Source of the DNA: a virus
Reading direction: 5' to 3' (one strand)
IMG/VR virus record: IMGVR_UViG_3300007512_000011
Location: 50,968 to 114,967 of that record
DNA: 64,000 nt
Shown in pieces: positions 49,657 to 59,958 of the stretch. The notes under the pieces are model-generated. The model made no database searches and was not told the DNA's origin. It saw nothing but the letters and a program-made list of their open reading frames with translations. A program made the position numbers and the translations under genes. Numbering within the stretch: position 1 is the first letter of the stretch; each line of letters begins with the position of its first letter.

Positions 49657-50036
49657 TATTCGATGGTGTAATTGGTCGATCGCCTGTAATAGGCCATCTT
49701 CCTTGGTGTATACGGCGACGTCGTAATCATCTCAACACTATCACTTGTACCCAACTGCTTCACCTTTAGCGCACGAGTAGCGCCCTTTTTAAACTCACTA
49801 CGTACATTTTTCATGTAATCGTTAGTAAGCTTGACCGACTCATCAGCAAATCTCTTAATCTGATCCCTTATGTTTCTCTCTGAGGCCAGATTAACAATTG
49901 TAGTATATCTGACAGTTAGTACATCTCCTTGCAATGAGCATTTTATTGACATTGTTGGAGACACTGTGGTCGAGCTATACCCAAAGGTATTGTCTAGAAT
50001 CTGACCAAGTACATTGTTTTCTTCAAAGCTTAGCAT
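49656..50036 (-). CDS. Hypothetical protein coupled to terL
   Basis: TAATG overlap with terL; late-type motif at 50050-50057. Confidence 0.6.
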   Translation of the reverse strand: MLSFEENNVLGQILDNTFGYSSTTVSPTMSIKCSLQGDVLTVRYTTIVNLASERNIRDQIKRFADESVKLTNDYMKNVRSEFKKGATRALKVKQLGTSDSVEMITTSPYTPRKMAYYRRSTNYTIE

Positions 50037-50066
50037 GTTATCACCCGTTATAAATATCTATCATGC

Positions 50067-50339
50067 TCAAAATTGAATACTGAGAGATGCACGTTTTCTA
50101 ATTTGAACCTCTTTTTCAACATCTTCTTTTTTGGGCCTCCATCCCTGACTCCAGGCTTGTCGCCTAGCTTCAGCCCAACATACTGAGCACGCAGAGCAGC
50201 ACAAATATTTTTCAAATGCAACTATATCTGCTTGTTTATTCATTACTAAATCACAAATAGGACAAAATAAGGGAAACCTACTTTCCCCTTCTGTACTATC
50301 CTTTACGATAATCTTATCAAATCCCGTATAATCAGACAT
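50067..50339 (-). CDS. Small Cys-rich (Zn-finger-like) hypothetical protein
   Basis: CPIC...CCSACSVCW; start at MSDYTG overlapping the SbcCD stop (track start 50396). Confidence 0.55.
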   Translation of the reverse strand: MSDYTGFDKIIVKDSTEGESRFPLFCPICDLVMNKQADIVAFEKYLCCSACSVCWAEARRQAWSQGWRPKKEDVEKEVQIRKRASLSIQF

Positions 50340-53300
50340 GAATAACTCTTGCATTCTTTTCTTTCTTAATAATATCGAGAGAATTGTCGACAGCATCTTT
50401 TATTGCATCTACATGAGAAATCACGATAATATTTCTAAACCACTTCTTTAAGGATTGTAATAGTCTACTGCATGCCTCTATGTTTGTCTCGTCTAGCGCA
50501 CCAAATCCCTCATCAATAATCAACATATTTGTCTTTGGCAATGATGACACATTTATCAGTGCAACACGAATTGCTAGAGAAGCCATCATTTTCTCCATTC
50601 CAGAGGCAAGCTCAATTATTCTTCTAGAGTCTCCGTAGTTTATGTAAATGTCCATTGCATTTGACTCTGAATCTGCCTCTAGTTCCACAGTGAATCCTGT
50701 CACTCCGTGCAATATTTTTGCAATCTCAACATTAATAAGGGGTAGTTGCGAAGTCATGATCTGGAGCGGGATTCCCTTTTTTGACATTGCCTGCATAAAC
50801 ATGTCATAAAGCTTAAGGTCTTTCTTTATTTGAGAAAATTCTTGCTTCTCCTTTCTAAGCCTGTTTATTTCGACACTGGCCCTACTAATCTTATCTGCAA
50901 TGACTAGTTTATTCTTCTCTAGCTCTTTGATATTCTTGCGGAGATCTAGCACGTTGTTTCTTAATTTAGCATCTGAAGATGTTTCATCATCAATTATTCT
51001 TTCTTGCATGTCACATAGAAGCTTACTGCTCTCATCTAGTTCTCTTCTAGCGTCTTTTGTCTCATTGGATAAATTGTTGATCTTTATCTCTAGTTGTGAT
51101 ATTGAAATTGAAAGAGCAGACTCCTTCTCAACAAGCTTATCATATTTTTGAATCTTTTCTTTAAGCTTTTCATTTATTACTTCGTCAAGAGACTGCCCCA
51201 TCTCTGATAAATTTTCTAACAACTTTTCAACAGTTTTTGTCTGAGTTTCAAGACTCCCTTTGTCTAGATGGGACTGCTTAATAAACTTACAGGTCGGATA
51301 CTCATCTCCGCAGGGCACCTCTTCAAGCCTTCTAGTTGATGCTAATTGACTTTCAAGAAGGGTGGCCTGATTTTGATATTCATGCTCAAGAGTAAGAAGA
51401 GATCTCTCTAGATTTCTTTGAAATTCTATTTGTTCCTTGAGGACATCAATTGGAAAATCATTTTTAACTCTTTTAATCTTAAGAATTTTTTCTCTCTCTT
51501 CATGAATTAGCCTATCGGAGGATTCTCTTTTCTTTACCAGAGATTCCAGATTTTTTCTATCAGCTTCAACAATAATGTTCTGTGAATCAATCTCTTTCTG
51601 TGTAACTGATTCTGTTATTCCTGACACAGCTATTTCAACATTGAGCTTTTCAAGTCTGTCACGTTTGTGCCTGATATCGTCCATGATATCTTTCATCGCT
51701 TGCCTGTTCTCAGATATGACCATATGACAATCATCAATCTCTGTATCCCAGTCGAGAAGGGGTATTATTTTTGACTTGGCCCTAAGATTCTGCGATTCAT
51801 CTTTGGCTAGGTCATACATCTTTTCAAACACATTTAAATCGAGAAAGTTTGTGAGAATCATCTTTCTAGCTGTTGCTCTTTCTCTAATAAAGGTGTTCAT
51901 TTGCCCTTGAGATGCCAAAGATGTCATTAAAAAGTCTTCAGGGGTCCCTATTATATCTCTCACAATTTTTTCAGTGTCTCGTCTCTGCTCACCCGATAAA
52001 TCTGTCACTGGATTTCCACTTTCATCAAGCTCTAGCAGTGAAAGCGATGTTGTTCCATACACAGCACCCTTCTTTGTTTGCTTCTTAATAGTCTTTCTCT
52101 CGAGACAAAGCCTTTTACCATTCATGCTAAAGCTTATCGAAGTCTCACATGCGTTCTTTCTACTATTGATAATATGAACATTTTTTATGGGACCACGATC
52201 AGTTGTATTAAACAAGCCATAAACAAGAGCACCAATTATCGATGACTTGCCCTTAGCATTCTTTCCAAAAATTCCAGTGATTCCCGGTAAATTGTCAAAA
52301 TTTATAACATTCCCTTCTCCATACACAAATGTATTGTCAAATCGAAAGGAATCAATTTGCCATCTAACGTTTCTTAGGCTCTCATCCTGGGATGCGATCT
52401 GAGAAAGGTATCGATCAATTAAGTCATCAAACTTATCGAGTCTTTGCTTATTATTTTTTAAATTGCTGTAATAATCCCTTATCAGCTTCTTGTGCGTGGA
52501 ATTCTCTCTTAAGTTTTCCTTTGTAAAGAGATCACCTGATTTTGTCTGGATTTCTGCTGCATTAAATGATGTCTCTGTCTTAAACACTACCTCTGCGGCA
52601 TCCTTAAAGGTTATTAGCTCATTTTGAATTTGCTTTGTTGTTGCCTGTGTAATGCTCTGGTCAGATCTTATTCTAAAACGAGCACCATTTGGATGCTTTG
52701 CTGACTGTATCAGTGTGTTCTTTATGTTTCCTTGCCAGTCTATCGTTATAAAAGGCTTGCTGTGAGGTATTTCATGAAAATCGACACTAAAATCATCTTT
52801 ATCTCTAATGTCCCAAAACAGAAAGCCCTTCTTTGGATCCTCTCCATAGTTTTGCTGGATGGATGATCCACAGTATGCAATCGTCTTTTTATCATTTAAA
52901 AACTGACAACGGTGGATGTCACCCAGGAGTGAGAAGTCATATTTTTCAAACATGTCAACAGTTACTTCTCCATCTATTTCCCAATCAATATCTGTTGACG
53001 ATCCCCAGACACCTCCATGAAACAATGCAATGCTTATCTGATCCTCGACAGGTTCAACATCTTCCCATGACTCTTCATCGAAGCATGATAAAACACACCA
53101 GTTATAGCCATCGATGCCTGTCGGATAAACACCTGATTGCTTGTACAAAAACAGCCTGTCATTGTCTAGAGCATTAATGATAGGAGAAATTGCATCCTGC
53201 CGATCCTTGTTGTGTTGCAATCCGTCATGGTTCCCTAAGATGATGTGCGTGGGTGCGATTTCTGCTAACTGTGTAAACCACCAAGAAAGATTATCAATAA

Positions 53301-53469
53301 GCTCTGGTGATATCCCTTGCGTCTTAGAGTGAACAATGTCACCGCCCACGTAAATTACATCAGGTCGTAGCTTCTTCGCTTCTACGAAAAAAGATGAAAA
53401 TGACTCTTTATACTCTTCATGACGAGATAGCCCACGCCAGTGAATATCGGCTAGATGGATAATTCTCAT
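50332..53469 (-). CDS. Fused Mre11/SbcD nuclease - Rad50/SbcC ATPase (gp47-gp46 fusion)
   Basis: ADIH, GGDIVH, GNHD, LGDIH, YCGS..Q; then GKNAKGKSS, Q-loop, CGDEYPTC hook, ASGMEK, IIDEGFGALD, ISH. Confidence 0.9.
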   Translation of the reverse strand: MRIIHLADIHWRGLSRHEEYKESFSSFFVEAKKLRPDVIYVGGDIVHSKTQGISPELIDNLSWWFTQLAEIAPTHIILGNHDGLQHNKDRQDAISPIINALDNDRLFLYKQSGVYPTGIDGYNWCVLSCFDEESWEDVEPVEDQISIALFHGGVWGSSTDIDWEIDGEVTVDMFEKYDFSLLGDIHRCQFLNDKKTIAYCGSSIQQNYGEDPKKGFLFWDIRDKDDFSVDFHEIPHSKPFITIDWQGNIKNTLIQSAKHPNGARFRIRSDQSITQATTKQIQNELITFKDAAEVVFKTETSFNAAEIQTKSGDLFTKENLRENSTHKKLIRDYYSNLKNNKQRLDKFDDLIDRYLSQIASQDESLRNVRWQIDSFRFDNTFVYGEGNVINFDNLPGITGIFGKNAKGKSSIIGALVYGLFNTTDRGPIKNVHIINSRKNACETSISFSMNGKRLCLERKTIKKQTKKGAVYGTTSLSLLELDESGNPVTDLSGEQRRDTEKIVRDIIGTPEDFLMTSLASQGQMNTFIRERATARKMILTNFLDLNVFEKMYDLAKDESQNLRAKSKIIPLLDWDTEIDDCHMVISENRQAMKDIMDDIRHKRDRLEKLNVEIAVSGITESVTQKEIDSQNIIVEADRKNLESLVKKRESSDRLIHEEREKILKIKRVKNDFPIDVLKEQIEFQRNLERSLLTLEHEYQNQATLLESQLASTRRLEEVPCGDEYPTCKFIKQSHLDKGSLETQTKTVEKLLENLSEMGQSLDEVINEKLKEKIQKYDKLVEKESALSISISQLEIKINNLSNETKDARRELDESSKLLCDMQERIIDDETSSDAKLRNNVLDLRKNIKELEKNKLVIADKISRASVEINRLRKEKQEFSQIKKDLKLYDMFMQAMSKKGIPLQIMTSQLPLINVEIAKILHGVTGFTVELEADSESNAMDIYINYGDSRRIIELASGMEKMMASLAIRVALINVSSLPKTNMLIIDEGFGALDETNIEACSRLLQSLKKWFRNIIVISHVDAIKDAVDNSLDIIKKEKNARVIHV

Positions 53470-53537
53470 ATGATGTTTTGTAATTCTATAACAATTTTAG
53501 ATTTTGTATGGCACATATCTGTAAGAACAAAAAACTT

Positions 53538-54500
53538 CTAAAAAAGAGAACCACTCTGGAGTGAGTTAATTCTGCTCTTTATTGCACTTTGTCTATCATA
53601 ATAGACAGCGCTTTTTCTTAATTCTCTGAACTGATCTCGGTTCATCTCGCCAACATCTTTAAACTCTCCTAAGCTTAATATTCTAACATCGCAACAATAT
53701 TCACTAAACATTTTTGCATATTTGTAGGTCTTTCTTTGCATGTCAGAGTCTAGTGCCAGCAGTATTGGTGTCTTATTTGAGACAATTTTCTTGAAAAGTA
53801 AAGATCTCTCACTTATCCCAGCACCCAACAGGCAGGTCGCATTATAGTTGGCCTTTACCAAATCAAACGGTCCTTCAACAATTGTGAGCTCTCTTGACCA
53901 GTCGATATTGATTTCATTGAAAACAATCGCTGTCTTATCAGTTCTCGCATTCAAGTACTTCAGCTTAGCGTCTGGACCAATTGCTCGAGATGCATAAAAA
54001 TTAAGCTCACCATCACAATCAAAAGAAGGCATGATAACACGCTTGCAGTGTCTCCCTCTTGAGACTGCACCAAATTTAAAGTACCAAAAATCATCAGCTG
54101 ATAGGCCCCTTCTAGTCAGATACCTTATTGCAGATCTCATGTCAGGATCTCTTGTTTTAAAATTGTCCACTAAAAGAGAAAATCCCGCAGGGAGCTTGAG
54201 CTCAACCTCCTCTGGAGTGACAACTAAGTCCCGTGTTGAAGACTTTCCCAGAAATTCTGTCAAAAATTGATTGCATGACTCTTGCCCAAAGTATTTTTTT
54301 AAAATGGGCTCAAGTGTCTTTCCTTTAACACCACACACCCAGCAGTGACACTGCCAAGTCTCCAAATTTATTGAAAACTTCTTCTTAGATGAAGAACTGC
54401 ATGAAGGACACTGAACAGCAACATTTGTACCGTCGTTGGCGACCGAAGGCTTTCCAAACACACTTGTGATAAAAGTTATCTTACTGCTGATGCTCTTCAC
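53538..54500 (-). CDS. DNA primase (Zn finger + TOPRIM)
   Basis: CPSC...CHCWVC, YLTRRG, RVIMP, KYLN, IVEGPFD, LALDSD, KDVGEM. Confidence 0.85.
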   Translation of the reverse strand: MKSISSKITFITSVFGKPSVANDGTNVAVQCPSCSSSSKKKFSINLETWQCHCWVCGVKGKTLEPILKKYFGQESCNQFLTEFLGKSSTRDLVVTPEEVELKLPAGFSLLVDNFKTRDPDMRSAIRYLTRRGLSADDFWYFKFGAVSRGRHCKRVIMPSFDCDGELNFYASRAIGPDAKLKYLNARTDKTAIVFNEINIDWSRELTIVEGPFDLVKANYNATCLLGAGISERSLLFKKIVSNKTPILLALDSDMQRKTYKYAKMFSEYCCDVRILSLGEFKDVGEMNRDQFRELRKSAVYYDRQSAIKSRINSLQSGSLF

Positions 54501-54518
54501 TTCACACCCAAAGTAATT

Positions 54519-55088
54519 TTAACAGGCATCTAACCCTGTTTTCAAGCATATATGAGATCTAGCAATAACATATGCATCGGCCATATCATAACAAAATTGT
54601 TCAAGAACAACCTTTCCCTTTCTGGGTCCGCTTTTTAAAACTTTATTGGGCCACTCGTGATCCGAATCTTTTAGTTCATTAGACACCCAGCCTAGCACCT
54701 GCTCCTTGGTCTGACGACCTCCGTCTTTCTTTCTCACAATCTTAATTCCCAGCGAACGACGGGCGACATTGACATTAATAAAGCTAGGTTCAATCTTTAA
54801 AGAATGATAGCAGATGTATGACACAATTCCATTAAATCTAGCTAGCGTCATTAGTGTCTTTGCAGAAGAGAGCCCTGGACGAAAAGCCTGTAAGTTCTCC
54901 TCTATGACTATTTCTGAAATGGGGTGTCTTAGTAGTACGCCCAGAAGTGAATCCGTGATGGAATCCGCCTTTCTGAACATATCCTTGTGCTTTGCCAATG
55001 GTACAAATCCCATTTCTATAAGGGTACCGTTAGAAGTCAATACGCACCATCCAGTGCAGCTTGTAGAAATATCCAGACCCAGAACCAA
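54519..55088 (-). CDS. RuvC-like Holliday junction resolvase
   Basis: VLGLDISTSCTGW, IVIEE, LARFNG, DMADAYVIA. Confidence 0.8.
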   Translation of the reverse strand: MVLGLDISTSCTGWCVLTSNGTLIEMGFVPLAKHKDMFRKADSITDSLLGVLLRHPISEIVIEENLQAFRPGLSSAKTLMTLARFNGIVSYICYHSLKIEPSFINVNVARRSLGIKIVRKKDGGRQTKEQVLGWVSNELKDSDHEWPNKVLKSGPRKGKVVLEQFCYDMADAYVIARSHICLKTGLDAC

Positions 55089-57962
55089 TTAAAAATCCTG
55101 CTTTATCTTAAAGAGAATCCCATCAGAATTTCTCTTCTTAACGGGTTGCGCTAGCTTTGCTTTCATTATAACATTAAGATTGTCGTCATGTAAGTTAACA
55201 CCGTCAATATAGACGAATCTTGGATCAATCTCATTTGGATCAAAAGAGGCTGAGACTAATTGAAATTGTGGGTTAGAGGAAGAATTATGTAATCCTGTCT
55301 CACAGGGCACATTTACTGTTAGCACGTGCGTGCTTTGCTCTCCCTTAAAGCTGATCTTAAACTGATCCTTTCCAAAAAATGGAATGTTGGGAGACTTAAT
55401 GATGACCAAGCCCTCATCATAAAAAATATTACCAACACTAGCTTTTTTTGCATGCGGAGTCAGTGAATCAGCTCGATATAAACTTCCTCGTCCATTATCC
55501 TTTAGTGTAATTTGGACAGCGCCCTTTGATCCTGTGAGGCTGGCGTCTTGAATTTGAAATGTCTCGGGTAGAATTCTGTTTCCAAAATACAAGTTTGATA
55601 TGTCAAAAATCACTATTTCATTAGAACTTAGATCCCTTGTTCTCTGCGCAATTGATAATCCCAGGCCCTCTGGAGCATTAAATGATGGATTTTCAGGAGT
55701 TGCCCTGCTTAGAGGAAGTATATTAGAGGACTGTCCCGGATAAAATAGCGGTGGATTTCCCCCAGACCCAATTAGATTATCAAGGCTAATTATGCTCAAA
55801 TTTAACCCACCTTGAGACTCTTTAAACATTGACAACGGTCCACGCTGTAAGCTCTCTAACCGATCCTCATTTGTGTCAACACCCGATAGTAAAAGCTCAT
55901 AATCTGGAAAAAATCGACCATTATCACACGGTAACACCGTTAGATTTCTCTTTTGAATAGATCCAGAATTAACAGTAGCTGAAAATGTTCCGGCGCCGCC
56001 AGGAAAGCCTGACGCATCAATAGATGATGAACTGTACATGTAGTCATTAAAGCTAAATTCTCTGTTGTCAGCTTTCAGCCGGGGTATTCCCAGTGTGAGC
56101 ATCCCCGTACTATCAGTGCGTGTTGGCCCTTGTGAAGATGTCAGTTTGTACAGTCTAGGTGTCTGACCTGTAGAAAAATCTCGTGTAAAGTTTTCTAGAT
56201 TTATCTCATGGCCTCCGACACCAAAAGATGCAGAGACATTGAAAGGATCATTTGTTGTCTGAGAGCTTGATATAAACGGTGTGATCAGAACATTTCTCTG
56301 CCGTGTCTCCTTCACAAAGAATGGCGGACAATAGAAGAGCAAGCTTCCTGTGGTGCTCTGGCCTAAAAGAGAAGCACTATGCACTCGACTGTCACTGAGG
56401 TATTCCGCAAAGATCTTTACATCATGGATCTCGGCATTGAGCGGATGATCTAGCAAAAATCCAGTTGGGTCTCCCTGGTGAGCATATGATCCAGTTTCAC
56501 CCTGAAATGCGTCGAATAAGCCCTCATTCGTAGCAGCTGTAGGATTGAAAAATCTACGGGAGTCGGTGCTCGAATGCCTGGCATCTGACCCACTGTAATA
56601 GTTTCCGACAAATAATGCTCCAGCATGAGAGGCGCTAAGATGTAATTCAGGCATGCAAGAAGCAGAGGGAATTGTAAAGTCATACTCTTCGTTATCCACC
56701 CTGATGCTTCCCTCACCATTATTGATGAGATTTGTTCCCCATCGGATTGAGATGTGATGCCAGTGATTTCTCTGTAATGTGTTATCAGGCGTGACAAATA
56801 TCAGTCCTGCGGAGCCCGTTGCGGCGCCCAACACGACCTGATTCTTATATGCTGAATTTGATGATGACACCTCACAGGGAATTTGTGAAGGCTCCCAGTA
56901 CCGACAGCTCTCGTTAAGCTGTAGCATGATTCGAAAGCCCTTTGTCAGCCCGTGCTCATCTCTCTCTGATCCCGATACCAGAGATATTGCATAGTGATTT
57001 GGAAGGTGGAGAATTGTTCCTGCCTTGAAATCCCTATCTGCAGCGCCGTTGTGATAGCGAGGGTTGATATAAAAGTCAAAAGTAAATGGACCCCTAAGGG
57101 CATAACGCGGATCACTGCCCAGCTGTACAAATGCAGAATTATCAGATGGAGCAAGACCGGTGGGCAGATTAGGATTTCCAGAATTAGGAATTATCCTATT
57201 CACTGGGTTTGCATCTGTGCCCAGATTACTAGGTAGCTCGGGACTCCCAATAGACAGGATCCTTTCTGGAAACCCACCGGTGTCCTTTTCCGGGAGAACC
57301 GATGCTGAGTTTAGATAGATTAGCGCAGTGTCGCTGGGCACATTTGATGCTGTGAAAAAATTCAAACAATGATAGTTTGTGTATGAGAAGTCACATGAGT
57401 CATAGGTCGATCTGTAAAAAGGCATGAGAGAATTCTTGATAAACTGCTTCTTAAAAGAGGCAGTAGCATAGGCTGTCTCATCATAGGCACGTGCGCTGTC
57501 GTTGTCTGTGAATCCTCGAATCTCGTAAAACATGTTGTCAGAGTCGAATCGCTTGATCGGCAATTCCTTCTGGTTGCGAGGAAGAATTGATGCACTATTG
57601 ACATATGTCAGGTAATCCTCCATGGCTGATTTTATTGCAATATTTATCGGCTTTCCAGACGAATCGGGTCGTGACGCACTGAGTATTTCTCGAGACAGGA
57701 AGTCTAGGCTTATGGTTTCACCTATTTGTGTGCCTTCGAGATTGAATGCGGTCCTAGTCTCTTCGCTTGAATTAAAGTCATTTTGCTCCTTGATAAACGG
57801 ACTTGGTCGGGCAGACACACGAGCGCTTCCAGACATCTGGCTAGTTACAGTGTGCTCTGACTCGTCATTTGGTGCCCGAGATGAGGAGACAAACTTAACC
57901 TCGGGGTGAAGAGAGAGCGTTGAAAGCTCAAAAAGCTGCGGTGAGATCTTTATAAAGGACAC
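55089..57962 (-). CDS. Virion baseplate-associated protein with LamG-like segment
   Basis: FTFDFYINP, WHHISIRW, IHDVKIF (LamG-like); C-terminal GVNLHDDNLNVIMKAKLAQPVKK...KQDF related to the next gene. Confidence 0.55.
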   Translation of the reverse strand: MSFIKISPQLFELSTLSLHPEVKFVSSSRAPNDESEHTVTSQMSGSARVSARPSPFIKEQNDFNSSEETRTAFNLEGTQIGETISLDFLSREILSASRPDSSGKPINIAIKSAMEDYLTYVNSASILPRNQKELPIKRFDSDNMFYEIRGFTDNDSARAYDETAYATASFKKQFIKNSLMPFYRSTYDSCDFSYTNYHCLNFFTASNVPSDTALIYLNSASVLPEKDTGGFPERILSIGSPELPSNLGTDANPVNRIIPNSGNPNLPTGLAPSDNSAFVQLGSDPRYALRGPFTFDFYINPRYHNGAADRDFKAGTILHLPNHYAISLVSGSERDEHGLTKGFRIMLQLNESCRYWEPSQIPCEVSSSNSAYKNQVVLGAATGSAGLIFVTPDNTLQRNHWHHISIRWGTNLINNGEGSIRVDNEEYDFTIPSASCMPELHLSASHAGALFVGNYYSGSDARHSSTDSRRFFNPTAATNEGLFDAFQGETGSYAHQGDPTGFLLDHPLNAEIHDVKIFAEYLSDSRVHSASLLGQSTTGSLLFYCPPFFVKETRQRNVLITPFISSSQTTNDPFNVSASFGVGGHEINLENFTRDFSTGQTPRLYKLTSSQGPTRTDSTGMLTLGIPRLKADNREFSFNDYMYSSSSIDASGFPGGAGTFSATVNSGSIQKRNLTVLPCDNGRFFPDYELLLSGVDTNEDRLESLQRGPLSMFKESQGGLNLSIISLDNLIGSGGNPPLFYPGQSSNILPLSRATPENPSFNAPEGLGLSIAQRTRDLSSNEIVIFDISNLYFGNRILPETFQIQDASLTGSKGAVQITLKDNGRGSLYRADSLTPHAKKASVGNIFYDEGLVIIKSPNIPFFGKDQFKISFKGEQSTHVLTVNVPCETGLHNSSSNPQFQLVSASFDPNEIDPRFVYIDGVNLHDDNLNVIMKAKLAQPVKKRNSDGILFKIKQDF

Positions 57963-57973
57963 AGCCGCTCTCT

Positions 57974-59239
57974 TTAGAAGTCAAGCCGAACTCTAATTGT
58001 CAGGTCCTTCTCGTTATTCTTCTCAATCGGCCTGCTTACCTTAGCAATTGCCAGGAGGTTATCATTAGCGTCATAGAGACCAACGGATGTAAAGAATGCA
58101 AATGACTTCTGTGTTGCCTCCTGACCCGCCTCAATTACCTCGATATCATTATCAGAGTCGACAAATGTCGGATTACCGGAGTAATTAAATTCATCCGCTG
58201 TTGCCCTGCAGAAAATCAATGTAGAGTTTATGTTGGTGATATTTTGAAATGTAAAAGCTGTCTGTGAACCAGAGCTAAATCTACATGAGCAAAGGTGATT
58301 TAAAATATCATCGATAGAGGCTGAGACCATTAGATCTGGGATGAACTTTGCATCTCGATTTCCACTATTGTCTGCAGAACCACTGCCGCCGCCGATGATC
58401 ATCTTTCCAGTCCCGACTGATCCTGGATTGTTCTCATTCATCGCTGCGATAGCTCCTGATACGTGCTGACCGCCTGACAGGATCTTCTTTAAGTCAAATG
58501 CTGCGATTCCTTGCTGATAGAAAATCACACCAACAGACTCTGCAGTGTTAGCAGCGTTAACAATGTTACCCGCGCTACCTCCAAATGTTGTCTCCTGATT
58601 TGATGCAGCGCCAATATCTGTGAAGATCTTCGATCCTGTGATCGTCGTCCTATTCAGGTTTGTGTAGAAAGTGCCTGTTACTGCACCGCCGCGGGCTGTC
58701 GTGTCCTTATCATCAATACAAGCAGTTGCGAAAAATCGCATCGCAAAGCTCTCACGCTTTATCTGGTCACGTGTGAAGAGACGCTTGAAATTGATAAACA
58801 TTGCCTCATCAATGCCATCCTCACCGCCAGCATTACTGATCGGGGCTGTGAATCGTGCTGTGGCATCACCTAACAGTGTCTTAGCATACTGCCTGTAGAT
58901 GTCAACCTTTTCACGCATCATCACAGACTGTGATGGAAATAGAAGTTTGCCGGCCGAGTCCTGACCTGTTGATGAACCTGTGACAGTCGCACTCCCGCTG
59001 TACAGACCCACTGTTATATCAAAGACTGGGTTAGCTGTCTGCAGTGTAAAATCCTGATCATAAACAGTCTGAAAAAGAGAACTGGTTATTCCTGGGCCAA
59101 TTCCACCTGTAACAAATACCTGATATTTCTTTCGGGTGGTTGAACCAGAAATATCCTCCTGAATGATGTCAACTAGCTGGTTCAGAAATGACCTGCTGGT
59201 CTTGATATCTGAAGCTGCTATCTCCTTAAATGTTGCCAC
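57974..59239 (-). CDS. Virion baseplate-associated protein
   Basis: C-terminal FCRA...EFNYS.NPTF...TSVGLYDANDNLLAIAKVSRPIEK...RLDF. Confidence 0.55.
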   Translation of the reverse strand: MATFKEIAASDIKTSRSFLNQLVDIIQEDISGSTTRKKYQVFVTGGIGPGITSSLFQTVYDQDFTLQTANPVFDITVGLYSGSATVTGSSTGQDSAGKLLFPSQSVMMREKVDIYRQYAKTLLGDATARFTAPISNAGGEDGIDEAMFINFKRLFTRDQIKRESFAMRFFATACIDDKDTTARGGAVTGTFYTNLNRTTITGSKIFTDIGAASNQETTFGGSAGNIVNAANTAESVGVIFYQQGIAAFDLKKILSGGQHVSGAIAAMNENNPGSVGTGKMIIGGGSGSADNSGNRDAKFIPDLMVSASIDDILNHLCSCRFSSGSQTAFTFQNITNINSTLIFCRATADEFNYSGNPTFVDSDNDIEVIEAGQEATQKSFAFFTSVGLYDANDNLLAIAKVSRPIEKNNEKDLTIRVRLDF

Positions 59240-59256
59240 TTTTTAAACTCCGACTA

Positions 59257-59958
59257 TTACGAGATCTGCACATTAAAGCTTGTGAAAGCACCTGAGTTCA
59301 TCCCTGAGATCTCAACAACCTTCTGGACAACGGAACCGCCCTTTTGCTTATATGTGGTGTGAACGGCATTTGAAACCGACTTTGCCTGAACTGAGAATGA
59401 TAGAGATCCTAAATTGGATGTATTAGTCACAGGATCGGCGGGTATGATGTAAGTTGCCATATTATCAGCATTCACTGAATCTGGGCCACCGACACCAGGA
59501 ATTGTTAAAAATAAATTATCCATCACAATTTTATAGGAGGCATCTGTCAGCTCAGGTGCAAGAACACCTCCCCCACTAATTTCCTGCTTAACAGTAACTG
59601 ATTTAGAGATATCTCCTGATACAGTTGCCCGTGATAGTGATAGTGTACTATCTGTCACTCCGACAAGAGCTAGATTGGGCAGCTTGCTCAAATTAGGATT
59701 ACTAATGCTGATTAGCCTGTACTTTTGTCCCAGGTTTCCTCTTGTGAGTGCTTCCATCACAGGTGTATTCTTTTCAATCTTTTCCTTGCCGACTGTGCGG
59801 CCGAACTTTTTAATAATGCTATAGTCGATCTCGTCATCGCCTAATGCAAATTTTATAATTGAAAATGATCCGTCATTTCTTGCCAGGAATTGACGTCCGA
59901 TATCTGTAAGCACAGCATCTAAAATAATATTGTTAGTCGAGTGGTCAAGAAACCCCAT
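59257..59958 (-). CDS. Virion baseplate-associated protein
   Basis: IILDAVLTDIGRQFLA...KFALGDDEIDY...PVMEA; SD GAGGAG. Confidence 0.55.
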   Translation of the reverse strand: MGFLDHSTNNIILDAVLTDIGRQFLARNDGSFSIIKFALGDDEIDYSIIKKFGRTVGKEKIEKNTPVMEALTRGNLGQKYRLISISNPNLSKLPNLALVGVTDSTLSLSRATVSGDISKSVTVKQEISGGGVLAPELTDASYKIVMDNLFLTIPGVGGPDSVNADNMATYIIPADPVTNTSNLGSLSFSVQAKSVSNAVHTTYKQKGGSVVQKVVEISGMNSGAFTSFNVQIS

